A stretch of DNA of 64,000 bases from Alphaproteobacteria bacterium (GCA_965246875.1 CBDFFU010000006.1:353938-417937); one strand, 5' to 3'. Shown: positions 50,703 through 62,621, counted from the first letter of the stretch. Translations and numbers: made by a program. The notes: generated from the letters alone by a model not told the origin.

Positions 50703-51293
50703 CTAGACCGAACTTGCTTTGGCATCAAACACCGTCAGCATGATATCATTGGCCAGACGCGTGGCGTGATGATCAAGCGTTGCCATGATCTTATCTTTTT
50801 CAGCCTGGACATGCTGCTCGGCCGCTTGTGTGCGGGCCGCAATATTTTTCATTACGTCCTGCGTTGCCAGATCCTGCTTTTGCTTCATCTGCGCCACGGT
50901 ATTGGCTAGAAATTCCTTGGCATTTGCTTCAGCTTGACGGATGGTCAGATCGTAGCTCACCTTGGCATCTTCGGTTTTGAGACGCAGGGCTGCCGCTTTG
51001 CGCAGATTGTCATGCACAAACTCATCACGAGCCACCATCAAACGTTGAATGCGCGGCAAGGCGATCTTTGCCATCAGCAGATAGAGAATAACACCTGTCA
51101 GAGCCAGCCAGAACAACTGGTTCGGATAGGTTGCCACGTCTAATTGTGGCAACCCGCCTTGTTCAGCATGCTCTGCCACCGGTTCTGCTGTGTCCGCCAT
51201 GACCTCTAGTGCCTGTGCAGCAAATGCCAGCACAGACAGACAACAGGTTGCAAGGAAAACAGGCAACAACCGGAAAGCAAAGTGTGTCATCAA
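50703..51293 (-). CDS. ATP synthase F0 subunit b'
   Basis: GLPQLD..TYPNQLFWL...LPRI signature of alphaproteobacterial b'. Confidence 0.9.
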   Translation of the reverse strand: MMTHFAFRLLPVFLATCCLSVLAFAAQALEVMADTAEPVAEHAEQGGLPQLDVATYPNQLFWLALTGVILYLLMAKIALPRIQRLMVARDEFVHDNLRKAAALRLKTEDAKVSYDLTIRQAEANAKEFLANTVAQMKQKQDLATQDVMKNIAARTQAAEQHVQAEKDKIMATLDHHATRLANDIMLTVFDAKASSV

Positions 51294-51300
51294 AATGTTC

Positions 51301-51534
51301 TTATGGCTTAATGACGAACAGGATGATGAGGGCTACACCCAACGCGAAAATCGCGATGGCTTCGGTAAAGGCAGCACCCAGCAAACCGAATTTGAAGATA
51401 TCTTTTTGTGCGCTCGGGTTACGGCCAACCGCTTCAACAAAAGCGGCAAACAATTTTCCCAGACCCAGACCAACGCCGACCAATGGCAACAAGGCCAAGG
51501 CTCCGGCAAACATTTTAGCGACAGTAAAATCCAT
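51301..51534 (-). CDS. atpE: ATP synthase F0 subunit c
   Basis: G.G.G.G, RNP loop, conserved Glu in FTEA. Confidence 0.95.
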   Translation of the reverse strand: MDFTVAKMFAGALALLPLVGVGLGLGKLFAAFVEAVGRNPSAQKDIFKFGLLGAAFTEAIAIFALGVALIILFVIKP

Positions 51535-51577
51535 GATGTGTTCCTTTATACAAATGGATGGTGGTTAATTTCAAAAA

Positions 51578-52309
51578 TCAATGAAGCTCGACGGCATCTT
51601 TGATGTAGATACAGGTCAGCACGGCGAAGATATAAGCCTGCAGCACGGCGACCAGAATTTCCAATGACATGATCAATGTGTTGAACAGCGCCGGGAAAAT
51701 CCCCAGCATGCCGCCCACCAAAACGCTGAACATACCGAATACTTTCAACACCGTATGACCGGCCAGCATGTTGGCGCATAAACGCACAGCAAGCGTAATC
51801 GGACGGGAGAGAAACGAAATGATCTCAATCGGGATCAGGATGATATACATCGGCAAAGGCAGGCCCGATGGTGCAAACAGCCCCAGGAAATGCCAGCCGT
51901 GATTGACGAAACCCATAATGGTTACAATAGAGATAACCAGCAACGCCATGGCGCCGGTCACGATGATGTGGCTGGTAAAGGTAAAGCCATACGGCAGCAG
52001 CCCCAGCAGATTGCCGATCAGGACGCTGATGAACAGTGTAAAGACCAACGGCAGGTATTTCACGCCATCAGACCCGATGACATCCTGAATGACGCCAGCA
52101 ATAAAGCTGTACAGCATTTCCGAAATGTTCTGCGTGCGGCCAGGCACCAGTTGCGCGCGGCGCATCGGCACCAGCATGATCAAGGTGGCCAGCAACACGG
52201 TCAGCACCATAAACAGCGACGAATTGGTGAATGTCGTATCAATGCCGGCAATGCGCGGCAAGTGAATCAAGGGCTCAATGGTAAATTGGGCAAGCGGGTT
52301 GTCAGACAT
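51578..52309 (-). CDS. atpB: ATP synthase F0 subunit a
   Basis: PL.QF, FTNSS, RP.TLAVRL.ANM.AGH, LQAYIF. Confidence 0.97.
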   Translation of the reverse strand: MSDNPLAQFTIEPLIHLPRIAGIDTTFTNSSLFMVLTVLLATLIMLVPMRRAQLVPGRTQNISEMLYSFIAGVIQDVIGSDGVKYLPLVFTLFISVLIGNLLGLLPYGFTFTSHIIVTGAMALLVISIVTIMGFVNHGWHFLGLFAPSGLPLPMYIILIPIEIISFLSRPITLAVRLCANMLAGHTVLKVFGMFSVLVGGMLGIFPALFNTLIMSLEILVAVLQAYIFAVLTCIYIKDAVELH

Positions 52310-52381
52310 ACGGCGCCGCCTCCATGCAAGCGATAAAGCGTCTTCATCGGGTTATCGAATGGATTGTCGCCCACGTCAGTT

Positions 52382-52774
52382 TTATGGGTCTGATGTACCG
52401 GTTTGGGGCGGTTTTGTCAAGTCAGCAGCCGGTTTTAATGGTGGCACGACAGCGGCGCGGTTGGTACCGATGGTGTCATCCATCTGATTGACCAATCGGT
52501 ACATATTCAACGTGCCGGCACCAAACCCCAACAAGGTGAAAATCGCCATGCCCCATGGCATGCTGTCGAAATACCGGTCAATGCCGTAACCGATCCCCAT
52601 GCCGACCAACGTGCCACCCAAAAACTCCATGGCCAGACGCATGCCATAGCCCAGGCCGCTGAGGTCGGTTGTGTCTTCACGCGGTTTGGAGCGGTCAGGG
52701 CCGGTCAAATGCTCACGTAACAGGGCTTTGTCCAGCCGGGCATCAATATCGTCGGGCGAAGGTTGATGGCTCAT
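52382..52774 (-). CDS. atpI: AtpZ/AtpI family ATP synthase accessory protein
   Basis: G.RLA.E...G...G..IGY.ID..F...PW......LLGF.AG.LN pattern upstream of atpB. Confidence 0.85.
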   Translation of the reverse strand: MSHQPSPDDIDARLDKALLREHLTGPDRSKPREDTTDLSGLGYGMRLAMEFLGGTLVGMGIGYGIDRYFDSMPWGMAIFTLLGFGAGTLNMYRLVNQMDDTIGTNRAAVVPPLKPAADLTKPPQTGTSDP

Positions 52775-52777
52775 CCC

Positions 52778-55700
52778 TTACTCCGCGGCAACGGCCATAT
52801 CCTGCGGGAACAAATCGTTCGCCACCGTCGTCTGCGCCAGATCCACCGATACCAGTTTCGACACGCCTTTTTCCGCCATCGTCACGCCGTACAACCGGTC
52901 CATGTAACTCATGGTGATCGAATTATGGGTAATGACGATAAAGCGCGTCGGATGTGTCGCGGCAAATTCACGCAACAAATCACAAATCCGTTCAACGTTG
53001 GCATCATCCAAAGCGGCATCAATCTCATCAAGGATACAGATCGGCGACGGCTGGGTCAGGAACATGGCAAAGATAAGGGCCGTTGCCGTCATGGTTTGCT
53101 CGCCACCGGATAGCAAAGACAGCTGTTGCAGTTTCTTACCCGGCGGGCAGGCGAAAATTTCCAGGCCGGCCTCCAATGGATCTTCGGCATCGACCAGCTG
53201 CAGATACGCTTCGCCGCCACTGAACAGCCGCGAAAACACATCACGGAAACGCGTATTCACCTGTTCAAACGCCACCAGCATTTTCTTACGGGCATCACGA
53301 TTGAGCGTAGAAATACCGGTACGCAATTTATCGATCGCATCCTGCACATCAACCTTTTCGATGGTTAGCGTGTCAATGGCGTCTTTCAACTCGGTGGCTT
53401 CTTCGTCGGCGCGCAAATTAATAGCGCCCAAACGATCTCGTTCGCCACGCGCCCGTTCATGCTTGCCACGCAATTGCTGCAGATCAGCAATATTTAATTC
53501 GTCATTGTCACCCATTTGCGCCAACACGTTTTCAATCGTATCGTCCAGTTGCTGAATGCAACGTTCCTGCAATTGGGTGCGGTTTTCCTGAGCATTGTGG
53601 TGTTGCGTTTCGGCACGGGCGAATTGCTCACGTACCTGCATGAAGGCTTCCTGTGTTGCTTCCAGCTGCTGCTCAATTACACGGTCTTGCTGTTGAAATG
53701 CATTGCGCTCGGTTTGCAAATTTGCGATATCGCCTTGCAAGGCCTTGCCGGTCGTTTCGGCCAACAGCATTTGCTCCTGCCAATGGTCGGGTGACGGTAA
53801 ATCATTCAAGGCTGTCGCAATTTTTTCAGCACGTTCCTGCAAGACGCTTAAACGCTGCTGGCTTTGCTCATAGGTGCGCTGCCAATCCTGTTGCTGTTGT
53901 GTCAATTCGCGTTGACGCTGTTGCGATTGCTGCTGTTGATTACTTAAGGCCAGATAGTGCTGTTCAGCCTGGCGATAATCATGCTCGGCGGTCTGCTGCG
54001 CACGCTGCAAATCAGCCAGCACCGCTTGCAAGGCCGAGACATCTGGCAGTGCATCGCGTTCCGCTTGCAAGCCGGATAAACGGCTTTCTTGTTGCGCCAG
54101 GCGCTGCGCCAGATCCTGTTGTTTTTCGGTCAACGCATTGATACGCGTGTGGGTTTCAATCACACGCTGTTGCAACTGATTGACGGATTGCGTCGAGGCT
54201 TGCACAGTGCGTTGCGCGTCGCTTAACACACTACGGCAATCCTGAATCGACTGGCGCACGTCTTGTTGCTGTTGTGTCATCGTCTGGTAATGCGCGTCGG
54301 CGGTCGTTACTTGCGCTTCGGCCGGCACACGTTCCGCTTGCAATTCTTTCAGGCGGTTCCGTTGTTGCAACAACTGACGCGTGTCGCGTTCCTGTGTAAA
54401 CTGTTCGGCCTGTGGCGTAACGGTGTAACCGTCCCAACGCCAGCCGAACCCGTCCAGGCTAACCAGCAATTGGCCCGGCAACAATTGCGCCTGCAGTTGT
54501 GACCCGTGTGTTTCGTTCTCAACAACGCCAACCATTTGCAAAGCAGCGTGCAACGCATCGGGTGCATCCACGACGTCAACCAAAGCCGTTACACCCGCTG
54601 GCAATGGCGGCAGGCTGTTTGTGCTGCGTGTCTGCCAATAGAATGGGTTATTGATATCCAAACCGGCATGCAATTCACGGCCCAACGCCATCGTCAGAGC
54701 GCGCTCGTAACCGGCATTCACTTGCGTTTGATCCAGTGCCGTTTTGAATGAGGCATGATTGTCACGCGACGCGGTGAGGGCGGTGAGGGCTTTGATCTCG
54801 GTATCTACTTGACGCAGCGCACCATTGGCAGTTTGCAACACATCATAGGCCTGCTTGACGGCATCATTCGCGCCTTCAGCCTGTTTCTCCAACGACACCA
54901 AACGCTCTTGTTGCGTTTGCACGGTCTGCGTTGCGGCCTGTTGTTGCGTTTGTGCGGCTTCCAGTTGCGCATTCAAATCGCCATGCTGTTGCAATTCGGC
55001 CAAAGCCTCTTGTGTGCGTGTCAGATCATTTTGCAAGCGCTGCTGTTCGCCGGCAATGTTATTGATATTCTGTTGCAGGAACTGGCTTTGCGTCTGCACG
55101 GTCGTCAATTGCTGGCGGTGTGTTTGCGTTTGTTCGGCAGCCGTGTCAAATGTGCCGCGTGCCGTGTCGCGTGTTTCGACGCTTGCCTGGTAATCGTCAG
55201 TAAAGCGCGACAATTGTGTTTCCAATTGTGCTTGTTCCTGCGTCAATTGCGCCAGCTTGTTTTCGGCGTTGCTGATCATCTGCGCTTCATGCGCATTATC
55301 ATGCGTCAGGCTGGACTGCTGTTGCTCCAGATCACGCTTGCTTTGGGCATGACGGGTCAGCTCTTCTTCGGCCCGTTCTTTGTCACGCCAGATTTTGTTG
55401 GCCTGTTGCTGTAACTCTTCATAACGCACGGTCAAGACGGCGTGCTGCTGTTGCAACATGTTGCGCTCTTGCTGTGTTTCATGCAGTTTCAGCTTGATCT
55501 CATTTTGCTGCTCGTTGGCGGCAATCATCGCGTTTTCCGCTGTCTCGGCATCCTGATCAATCTTGCGCCATTCCAGCGCGATCATCTGCACATCCAGGCG
55601 GCGAATAGTGTCGCTCAAAGATCGGTAACGCTGTGCCTGTTTGGCCTGTTTGACCAGCTGCTCATAGGTCGCGGTTTTTTGTGTCAGCAAATCATCAACA

Positions 55701-56281
55701 CGCAGCAAATTCTTTTCCGCCGCGCGCAGTTTTTGCTCGGCCTCCTTGCGGCGGTTGTGCAAACCGGAGATTGCGGCGGCATCTTCCAGTACGCGGCGAC
55801 GTTCAATCGGCTTGGCATTCACCAGATGGGTGATGCGGCCTTGTGACACGATCGACGGCGAATGGGCACCGGTTGAACTGTCAGCGAACAATAATTGAAT
55901 GTCCGATGCGCGCATTACCTTGCCATTGATGCGGTAATCCGATCCCATGCCACGATCAATGCGGCGGGAAATTTCCAGCGTTTCGGTGTTGGTAAACGGC
56001 TCTGGTGCATTGTGCAGATCGTTTTGTACGGTCAACACCACTTCGGCAAAGTTACGTGCTGTGCGGTTGTTTGTCCCCGCAAAAATCACGTCATCCATAC
56101 CGCCGCCGCGCATGGATTTGGCGGAGTTTTCGCCCATGACCCAGCGCAGGGATTCGGTAACGTTCGATTTGCCACAGCCATTTGGCCCGATGATGCCGGT
56201 CAGTCCCGGTAAAATGTCCAGCTCGGTATTATCGGCAAACGATTTGAAACCGGTAATCCGTAGTTTATTGAACTGCACCAT
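52778..56281 (-). CDS. smc: Chromosome segregation protein SMC
   Basis: GFKSF, GPNGCGKSN, coiled coils with hinge, LSGGEQ, LDEIDAALD, ITH. Confidence 0.96.
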   Translation of the reverse strand: MVQFNKLRITGFKSFADNTELDILPGLTGIIGPNGCGKSNVTESLRWVMGENSAKSMRGGGMDDVIFAGTNNRTARNFAEVVLTVQNDLHNAPEPFTNTETLEISRRIDRGMGSDYRINGKVMRASDIQLLFADSSTGAHSPSIVSQGRITHLVNAKPIERRRVLEDAAAISGLHNRRKEAEQKLRAAEKNLLRVDDLLTQKTATYEQLVKQAKQAQRYRSLSDTIRRLDVQMIALEWRKIDQDAETAENAMIAANEQQNEIKLKLHETQQERNMLQQQHAVLTVRYEELQQQANKIWRDKERAEEELTRHAQSKRDLEQQQSSLTHDNAHEAQMISNAENKLAQLTQEQAQLETQLSRFTDDYQASVETRDTARGTFDTAAEQTQTHRQQLTTVQTQSQFLQQNINNIAGEQQRLQNDLTRTQEALAELQQHGDLNAQLEAAQTQQQAATQTVQTQQERLVSLEKQAEGANDAVKQAYDVLQTANGALRQVDTEIKALTALTASRDNHASFKTALDQTQVNAGYERALTMALGRELHAGLDINNPFYWQTRSTNSLPPLPAGVTALVDVVDAPDALHAALQMVGVVENETHGSQLQAQLLPGQLLVSLDGFGWRWDGYTVTPQAEQFTQERDTRQLLQQRNRLKELQAERVPAEAQVTTADAHYQTMTQQQQDVRQSIQDCRSVLSDAQRTVQASTQSVNQLQQRVIETHTRINALTEKQQDLAQRLAQQESRLSGLQAERDALPDVSALQAVLADLQRAQQTAEHDYRQAEQHYLALSNQQQQSQQRQRELTQQQQDWQRTYEQSQQRLSVLQERAEKIATALNDLPSPDHWQEQMLLAETTGKALQGDIANLQTERNAFQQQDRVIEQQLEATQEAFMQVREQFARAETQHHNAQENRTQLQERCIQQLDDTIENVLAQMGDNDELNIADLQQLRGKHERARGERDRLGAINLRADEEATELKDAIDTLTIEKVDVQDAIDKLRTGISTLNRDARKKMLVAFEQVNTRFRDVFSRLFSGGEAYLQLVDAEDPLEAGLEIFACPPGKKLQQLSLLSGGEQTMTATALIFAMFLTQPSPICILDEIDAALDDANVERICDLLREFAATHPTRFIVITHNSITMSYMDRLYGVTMAEKGVSKLVSVDLAQTTVANDLFPQDMAVAAE

Positions 56282-56344
56282 CAGGCTTGGCCTTTATTTT
56301 AAAGTGTTGCGCGGGGGTTGCGCGATTTTGTTTTTATAAATGTA

Positions 56345-57238
56345 CTAATGTGCAGCCGGTGTCGGTGTGCTGGCGGCAGCTTGACCTGTAGCCACAGATG
56401 CCGGATCACGGCCACTCAGCAACGCATCCAGTTTTTGCGAAAACGTCTCATAGCTGATCTCACCGGCGACGGTATCGGCATTTGGCATGTCTGACCCAAA
56501 GATAAAGGTCGGTGTGCCCTTGAGATTGTGACGCGCAACACCATCAGACGCGATCTGCATGATGCCTTTTTCCAATTCGCTGTTGGCCATACAATCATCG
56601 AACATCTTGTCGGTAATGCCAGCGACTTTGACCATCTGGCGCAACGCGCTTTTCACGTCTGGTGCAAACACCCACTGATCCTGTTTGCTGAACAGCAAAT
56701 CCAGAATTTGGAAATATTGTTCTGGCGGGGCGCAACGGGCGATTTTTTCGCCTTGCAAGGCTGGCTCATTTAACGGGAACGGGCGGAACACCATTTTCAC
56801 TTTGCCATCATCGATATAATGCTGTTTGATTTGGATCAATGTCGTCGTGTGGAACTGGGCGCAGTGCGGGCAAGACAGTGAGCTGTAATCATAAAAGGTC
56901 ACCGGCGCATCGGGATTACCTAAAACGCGGTCGGCCAATGCGGCTTTGACATCAAGCGTTGAGCCAGTTGTTGAAACAGCCGTAACGGGGGCCGCTGTTG
57001 GTGTTGCGGGTGTGGCAACAGGCGGTGCGGTCTCAGTTGCTTTTTCAGCAACAGGAGTGGCGGCTGGTGTTGCAGCTGTTGTAACTGCAGGCGCTGCTGG
57101 GGTGGCTCTGGTAACAGGTGCCGTGACAGCAACAGGTGCTGGTGCCAGATGTTGGCGAATAGCTGGGACGCCCATCACGATGGCACCGATAACGGCACCG
57201 ATACCGATTGATAAAGCGATAGCTGACGATCCGCGCAT
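56345..57238 (-). CDS. DsbA family thiol-disulfide oxidoreductase with Ala/Pro/Thr-rich linker
   Basis: GGAG RBS; TM anchor; LG.PDAPVT, CPHC, GTPTF. Confidence 0.9.
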   Translation of the reverse strand: MRGSSAIALSIGIGAVIGAIVMGVPAIRQHLAPAPVAVTAPVTRATPAAPAVTTAATPAATPVAEKATETAPPVATPATPTAAPVTAVSTTGSTLDVKAALADRVLGNPDAPVTFYDYSSLSCPHCAQFHTTTLIQIKQHYIDDGKVKMVFRPFPLNEPALQGEKIARCAPPEQYFQILDLLFSKQDQWVFAPDVKSALRQMVKVAGITDKMFDDCMANSELEKGIMQIASDGVARHNLKGTPTFIFGSDMPNADTVAGEISYETFSQKLDALLSGRDPASVATGQAAASTPTPAAH

Positions 57239-57363
57239 AAGAAAGGCTCCTGAAAATGGGATAAAAGATGTGCCAGATTCTCTGGCAGACATGGCCGTAA
57301 TTGAGCAGATTTGTTAACGTTTTGTCAAGAAATTCCGCATATCAAGTGACAGAAATCTCGGTG

Positions 57364-57741
57364 TTAACGTTTGCCGGTCTGTGTTGATATCACTTTGATA
57401 TCATTGATTAAGCTATAACCAAAGGCTTGATTGATACGGGTTTTCAATTGCGTTTTATCATGGGAAATGATAAGCGCCTGACCACTGTCCCGCGCGCGCA
57501 AGTGAAGTGTCGCACCCTGCTGCTCACCCTTGGGAAAGGACAGCCGGTGCAAAAAACTGCCGCTGGCATGGGTGTTCAGCGTCAGGTCCGGCCACAGGGT
57601 CAGCAATTGCAGGTAATGCCCGGTCACACCTTTGGGCGCGGCCTGCTTGATGACCGGCTGCAACGCAAAGCGCAACGGCTGAAAACTGCCGGAGCGCTTG
57701 TCCGGTTGCTTTTCTGCATATTTTGTTTGGGAATCGTTCAT
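57364..57741 (-). CDS. DUF721 / DciA-like protein
   Basis: L...W...., GATL.L......A....H.......RIN..FGY pattern; position between mutY and dsbA. Confidence 0.75.
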   Translation of the reverse strand: MNDSQTKYAEKQPDKRSGSFQPLRFALQPVIKQAAPKGVTGHYLQLLTLWPDLTLNTHASGSFLHRLSFPKGEQQGATLHLRARDSGQALIISHDKTQLKTRINQAFGYSLINDIKVISTQTGKR

Positions 57742-57789
57742 TGTGCCTCAACTGTAGTCAACCGCACCGAACAAGTCTATTTTTATCAT

Positions 57790-58884
57790 ATGCCCATAAC
57801 ATCCCCATTACCCGCCAAGCTGTTAAACTGGTACGACGCCCATGGTCGCAGTGACTTGCCATGGCGGTCCCATGCCGGGCGGGCGGAAACGGCCTATCAC
57901 ACCTGGATCTCCGAGATCATGCTGCAGCAGACAACCGTTGCGGCCGTTATTCCCTACTACCACAAATTCCTGACTCGCTGGCCGACCGTCGAAGCCTTGG
58001 CACAAGCACCGCTTGATGACGTGCTGCATGCCTGGGCTGGCCTTGGGTATTACGCCCGCGCGCGCAATCTGCATAAATGCGCGCAAGTGGTAACAGACAA
58101 GTATCACGGCCTTTTTCCCGCTATGGTTGCCACCCTCAAAGATTTGCCAGGGATCGGTGATTACACAGCCAATGCCATAGCAGCCATTGCCTTCGATAAA
58201 CGCGCTGTCGTGGTGGATGGCAATATCGAACGCGTCATGAGCCGTGTGTTTTGCATCGACACCCCGGTGAATCAACCGGCAGGCAAAAAGATTGTCGCAG
58301 CGCGGGCGGATACAATTTGGCCACAGAAACGTAGCGGTGATTTCGCTCAGGCTCTAATGGATCTGGGGGCCATGGTCTGCACGCCCAAAAATCCGCATTG
58401 CCTGATATGCCCCTGGCAAAAGCATTGCGGTGCCTTTCAAACCGTACGCACGGCAGAACTGCCGGTCAAAATCAAAAGCAAAGTAAATAAAACCCGTTAC
58501 GGCATCACATTCGTGTTGCGCGACACAGACAACCGGATTTTACTGCAACAACGCCCCGCCAGCGGTTTGCTCGGTGGCCTGTGGGAAACACCGTCAACGC
58601 CGTGGACTGAAACCAAATGGACAGCAAAAGAGAAAATACAATCTTACGCCCCCGCTTTGCCACCAGACCTGCAATGGCAGAAACTGAAAGGCAGCGTCCG
58701 CTATGTCTTCAGCCATTTCCCGCTGGAATTGACGGTCTATACCGTGCAGACGACAAAAAGAACGCTTGACGCCTGTGGACAATTTCCCGATGCTCGAACA
58801 AAGTGGTTCAAAGCCGACACATTGCCGGCTTTGTCGAATTTAATGAATAAGGTTTTGCAACATGCGGCTGTGGATGTCTTTTAA
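57790..58884 (+). CDS. mutY: A/G-specific adenine glycosylase
   Basis: LPWR, SEIMLQQT, WAGLGYYARARN, LPGIG.YT, VDGN, C-x6-C-x2-C-x5-C. Confidence 0.96.
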   Translation: MPITSPLPAKLLNWYDAHGRSDLPWRSHAGRAETAYHTWISEIMLQQTTVAAVIPYYHKFLTRWPTVEALAQAPLDDVLHAWAGLGYYARARNLHKCAQVVTDKYHGLFPAMVATLKDLPGIGDYTANAIAAIAFDKRAVVVDGNIERVMSRVFCIDTPVNQPAGKKIVAARADTIWPQKRSGDFAQALMDLGAMVCTPKNPHCLICPWQKHCGAFQTVRTAELPVKIKSKVNKTRYGITFVLRDTDNRILLQQRPASGLLGGLWETPSTPWTETKWTAKEKIQSYAPALPPDLQWQKLKGSVRYVFSHFPLELTVYTVQTTKRTLDACGQFPDARTKWFKADTLPALSNLMNKVLQHAAVDVF

Positions 58885-59629
58885 AATCATGCTGATCGCC
58901 GTGTGTGTCGTCATGTTTGGCATCGCATCGCATGCCCAAGCAACACCGCCCGTGTATACTGAGCCGACGATGAATGCCATGCTCGATATTCTGTTTGCCA
59001 ATGGCTATATTGACCCCAATGACCCACAACAATTGCTTGACTATGTGCGCGGTAAAGATTGTACATTGTATCAACGTTACTACACCAACGATTTCGCCTG
59101 GAACAAAATCAAGTTGCGTATCGCTGGCGAAACAAAAGTTTTGCAAAAAGACATTGCTACACATTTTATTTTGCACGAAGAAGTTTATCTGAGTCGTTAC
59201 AATTTTAAGACTAAATCATTCGACATCGTGTCTGATAGCCAGATCAAAAACATTAACCAGATCACATTGTTTAACAACGGAACATTTACCTGCAATAATC
59301 AGCCTGTTGCCTATCCTGATACTGTCATACCTATTTCTTATGATCTGCGCCTGGATGTGCCGCTATCGCTTTACCGACTGCCGATGGCCGAAGCCATGGC
59401 GCGGCGGATTTTACCTGATATTATCAATGCCGGTAGCATCAGCACAGTCATAACGGGCAGTACGGCCCAGAAACGGATTGTTTACGCCACAATTTATCTG
59501 ACGGTTGATGGGGTGATGGGGATTACCAACCGTGGCGGCGTCCTTGGGGGCCATCTCGACAAAATCGAATTTTTCCTTGATCCCGACCGCACGCAGCGCA
59601 TCAAGCGTTTTCTCTACAGCGCAACCTAG
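58874..59629 (+). CDS. Exported hypothetical protein (DUF4852-like, tentative)
   Basis: Signal peptide SHA-Q; C.LY..YY.NDF.W and L.RYNF....F motifs. Confidence 0.65.
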   Translation: MSFKIMLIAVCVVMFGIASHAQATPPVYTEPTMNAMLDILFANGYIDPNDPQQLLDYVRGKDCTLYQRYYTNDFAWNKIKLRIAGETKVLQKDIATHFILHEEVYLSRYNFKTKSFDIVSDSQIKNINQITLFNNGTFTCNNQPVAYPDTVIPISYDLRLDVPLSLYRLPMAEAMARRILPDIINAGSISTVITGSTAQKRIVYATIYLTVDGVMGITNRGGVLGGHLDKIEFFLDPDRTQRIKRFLYSAT

Positions 59630-60262
59630 ATGATGATCGGGTCTATTTTTACAACCGGCTTTATGCTGGGTGCCAGTTTTATCGTCGCCATCGGTTCACA
59701 AAATGCGTTTGTCTTGCAACAGGGGTTGCGGCGTCAATATGTGGGTGCCGTTGTAGCTCTGTGCATTGCGGGTGACGTGACGCTGATTTTGTGTGGCGCG
59801 TTTGGTGTTGGCGCACTGATCCAACAATGGCCGTTTCTGACATGTCTCATGAGTGTCGGTGGCGCCATCTTTCTAACCCTCTATGGTTTGCGTGCAGCGA
59901 AACGTGCAGCACGGCCCTATCATGCCGCTTTGATACCACAAGCCACACAAACCAGATCCTGCCGCTCTGTGTTGCTGACAGCCGCTGCCTTCACATTTCT
60001 CAATCCACACGTCTATCTGGACACCGTGATTTTGTTGGGAACCTTGGCCAGCACCTATCATGATATGGCACGGGTTATTTTTGTCAGTGGCGCCATGACA
60101 GCGTCAACAGTCTGGTTTTTAGCTTTGGGTTATGGGGCGCGCTGGCTCGGGCCTCTGTTTGCCAAGCCGATTGCCTGGCGCATTCTCGATGGCCTGATTG
60201 CTGTCAGCATGTTGCTGATCGCCGGGCAATTGTGGTTTACAGCGTATGCGTCAATGCACTGA
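59630..60262 (+). CDS. LysE/ArgO family amino acid exporter
   Basis: IVAIGSQNAFVL.QGL, TFLNPHVYLDT, AWRILD. Confidence 0.92.
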   Translation: MMIGSIFTTGFMLGASFIVAIGSQNAFVLQQGLRRQYVGAVVALCIAGDVTLILCGAFGVGALIQQWPFLTCLMSVGGAIFLTLYGLRAAKRAARPYHAALIPQATQTRSCRSVLLTAAAFTFLNPHVYLDTVILLGTLASTYHDMARVIFVSGAMTASTVWFLALGYGARWLGPLFAKPIAWRILDGLIAVSMLLIAGQLWFTAYASMH

Positions 60263-60275
60263 TGAGATAAGTTGG

Positions 60276-60908
60276 TTAAAGCGTATGTTGAAATCCGACA
60301 ACGCCGTCGGCAATGAATTGCAAAGCCAGCGCCGCTAATAAAATCCCCATGAGCCGGGCCAACAAGCTACACCCACCAGCACCCAACATGCGCACCATGC
60401 GACCAGCTGTCAGCATGCATAACAACGCCAGAATTTCGACGCAGGTAATGGTCGCCAAAATAACCAGCTTCTGGCCCCAGCCGATCGTCTCGCTCATGTG
60501 CAACAGGGCGGCTGTCATACAGCCCGGCCCAGCCAGCAACGGGATGGCCAGCGGGAAAATCGCGATATCACTGACATCTTTATAAGTCGTTCGTCCATCC
60601 CCATCGCCGCGCGTTAACGGCGCGCTGTCATGGGACCCATTGATCATGCGAAACGCCGTGACAAACAATAAAATCCCGCCAGCAATACGAAAAGCGGACA
60701 GGGAAATCCCCATATTTTGCAGCAGATATTGCCCGATCAATGAAAAGCCGATCAGCACACAAATGGCAATGATGACAGCCTTATAAGCCACGCGGCGGCT
60801 GGCCCGTTCATCCCGATTGCCGGTCAGGGCCGCAAACAACGCTGCCGTGCCAATGGGATCGACGATGACAAACATGGCGATAAAAATCGAGATAAAGAGA
60901 TTGATCAT
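60276..60908 (-). CDS. MarC family membrane protein
   Basis: F.IVDPIG, FRIAGGILLF, PLAIPLLAGPG, RLMGILLAALA.QF. Confidence 0.93.
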   Translation of the reverse strand: MINLFISIFIAMFVIVDPIGTAALFAALTGNRDERASRRVAYKAVIIAICVLIGFSLIGQYLLQNMGISLSAFRIAGGILLFVTAFRMINGSHDSAPLTRGDGDGRTTYKDVSDIAIFPLAIPLLAGPGCMTAALLHMSETIGWGQKLVILATITCVEILALLCMLTAGRMVRMLGAGGCSLLARLMGILLAALALQFIADGVVGFQHTL

Positions 60909-60981
60909 ATCTGGCCTGTCTGGTTATGGCTGTGAACCTGTCGCCTATCGTTTATAACGCGTGGCGCGAATTTTGACCATG

Positions 60982-61015
60982 AAAAAAGGCCGCTTGTCTG
61001 AACAAACGGCCTTTT
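60982..61015 (-). terminator. Intrinsic terminator after ccrM
   Basis: Minus strand AAAAGGCCG...CGGCCTTTTTT. Confidence 0.75.
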
Positions 61016-61032
61016 GTTACAATAGGCAATAT

Positions 61033-62297
<1,265 letters not shown>

Positions 62298-62387
62298 AAT
62301 TTCTTTGACTGGTTTCTTCAAGCTGTCTCTCAAAAGACACATTTTTGGCAAGACCGTTTTAAGACTTACCGTTTTAACGAAAACTGC

Positions 62388-62621
62388 TTAATTAAAGTTG
62401 AAAGAAGTGTGCTGTGTTTTGGCCCATTCTTGCAATTGCACATTGTGTGCTGGAACGATGGAAGCCTTGGCAAACACCGGCTCGCGGCGCATCAGGAAAA
62501 TCATGGTGGCCAGATACAGACCCAACATGGCCAAGAACATCAAAATGCCATGCTTATGCACAGCATCGAAAAAGGATGAAATGGATACGAGCAGGCTGAT
62601 AAAGACATATTTGAAAATCAT
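62388..62621 (-). CDS. Small hypothetical membrane protein
   Basis: 77 aa from ATG 62621 with two hydrophobic segments; fills an otherwise empty gap. Confidence 0.4.
   Translation of the reverse strand: MIFKYVFISLLVSISSFFDAVHKHGILMFLAMLGLYLATMIFLMRREPVFAKASIVPAHNVQLQEWAKTQHTSFNFN

Noticed and set aside
51301-51534. Sodium-translocating ATP synthase
   Set aside because: Subunit c lacks the Q...E(S/T) sodium-binding signature; looks proton-coupled
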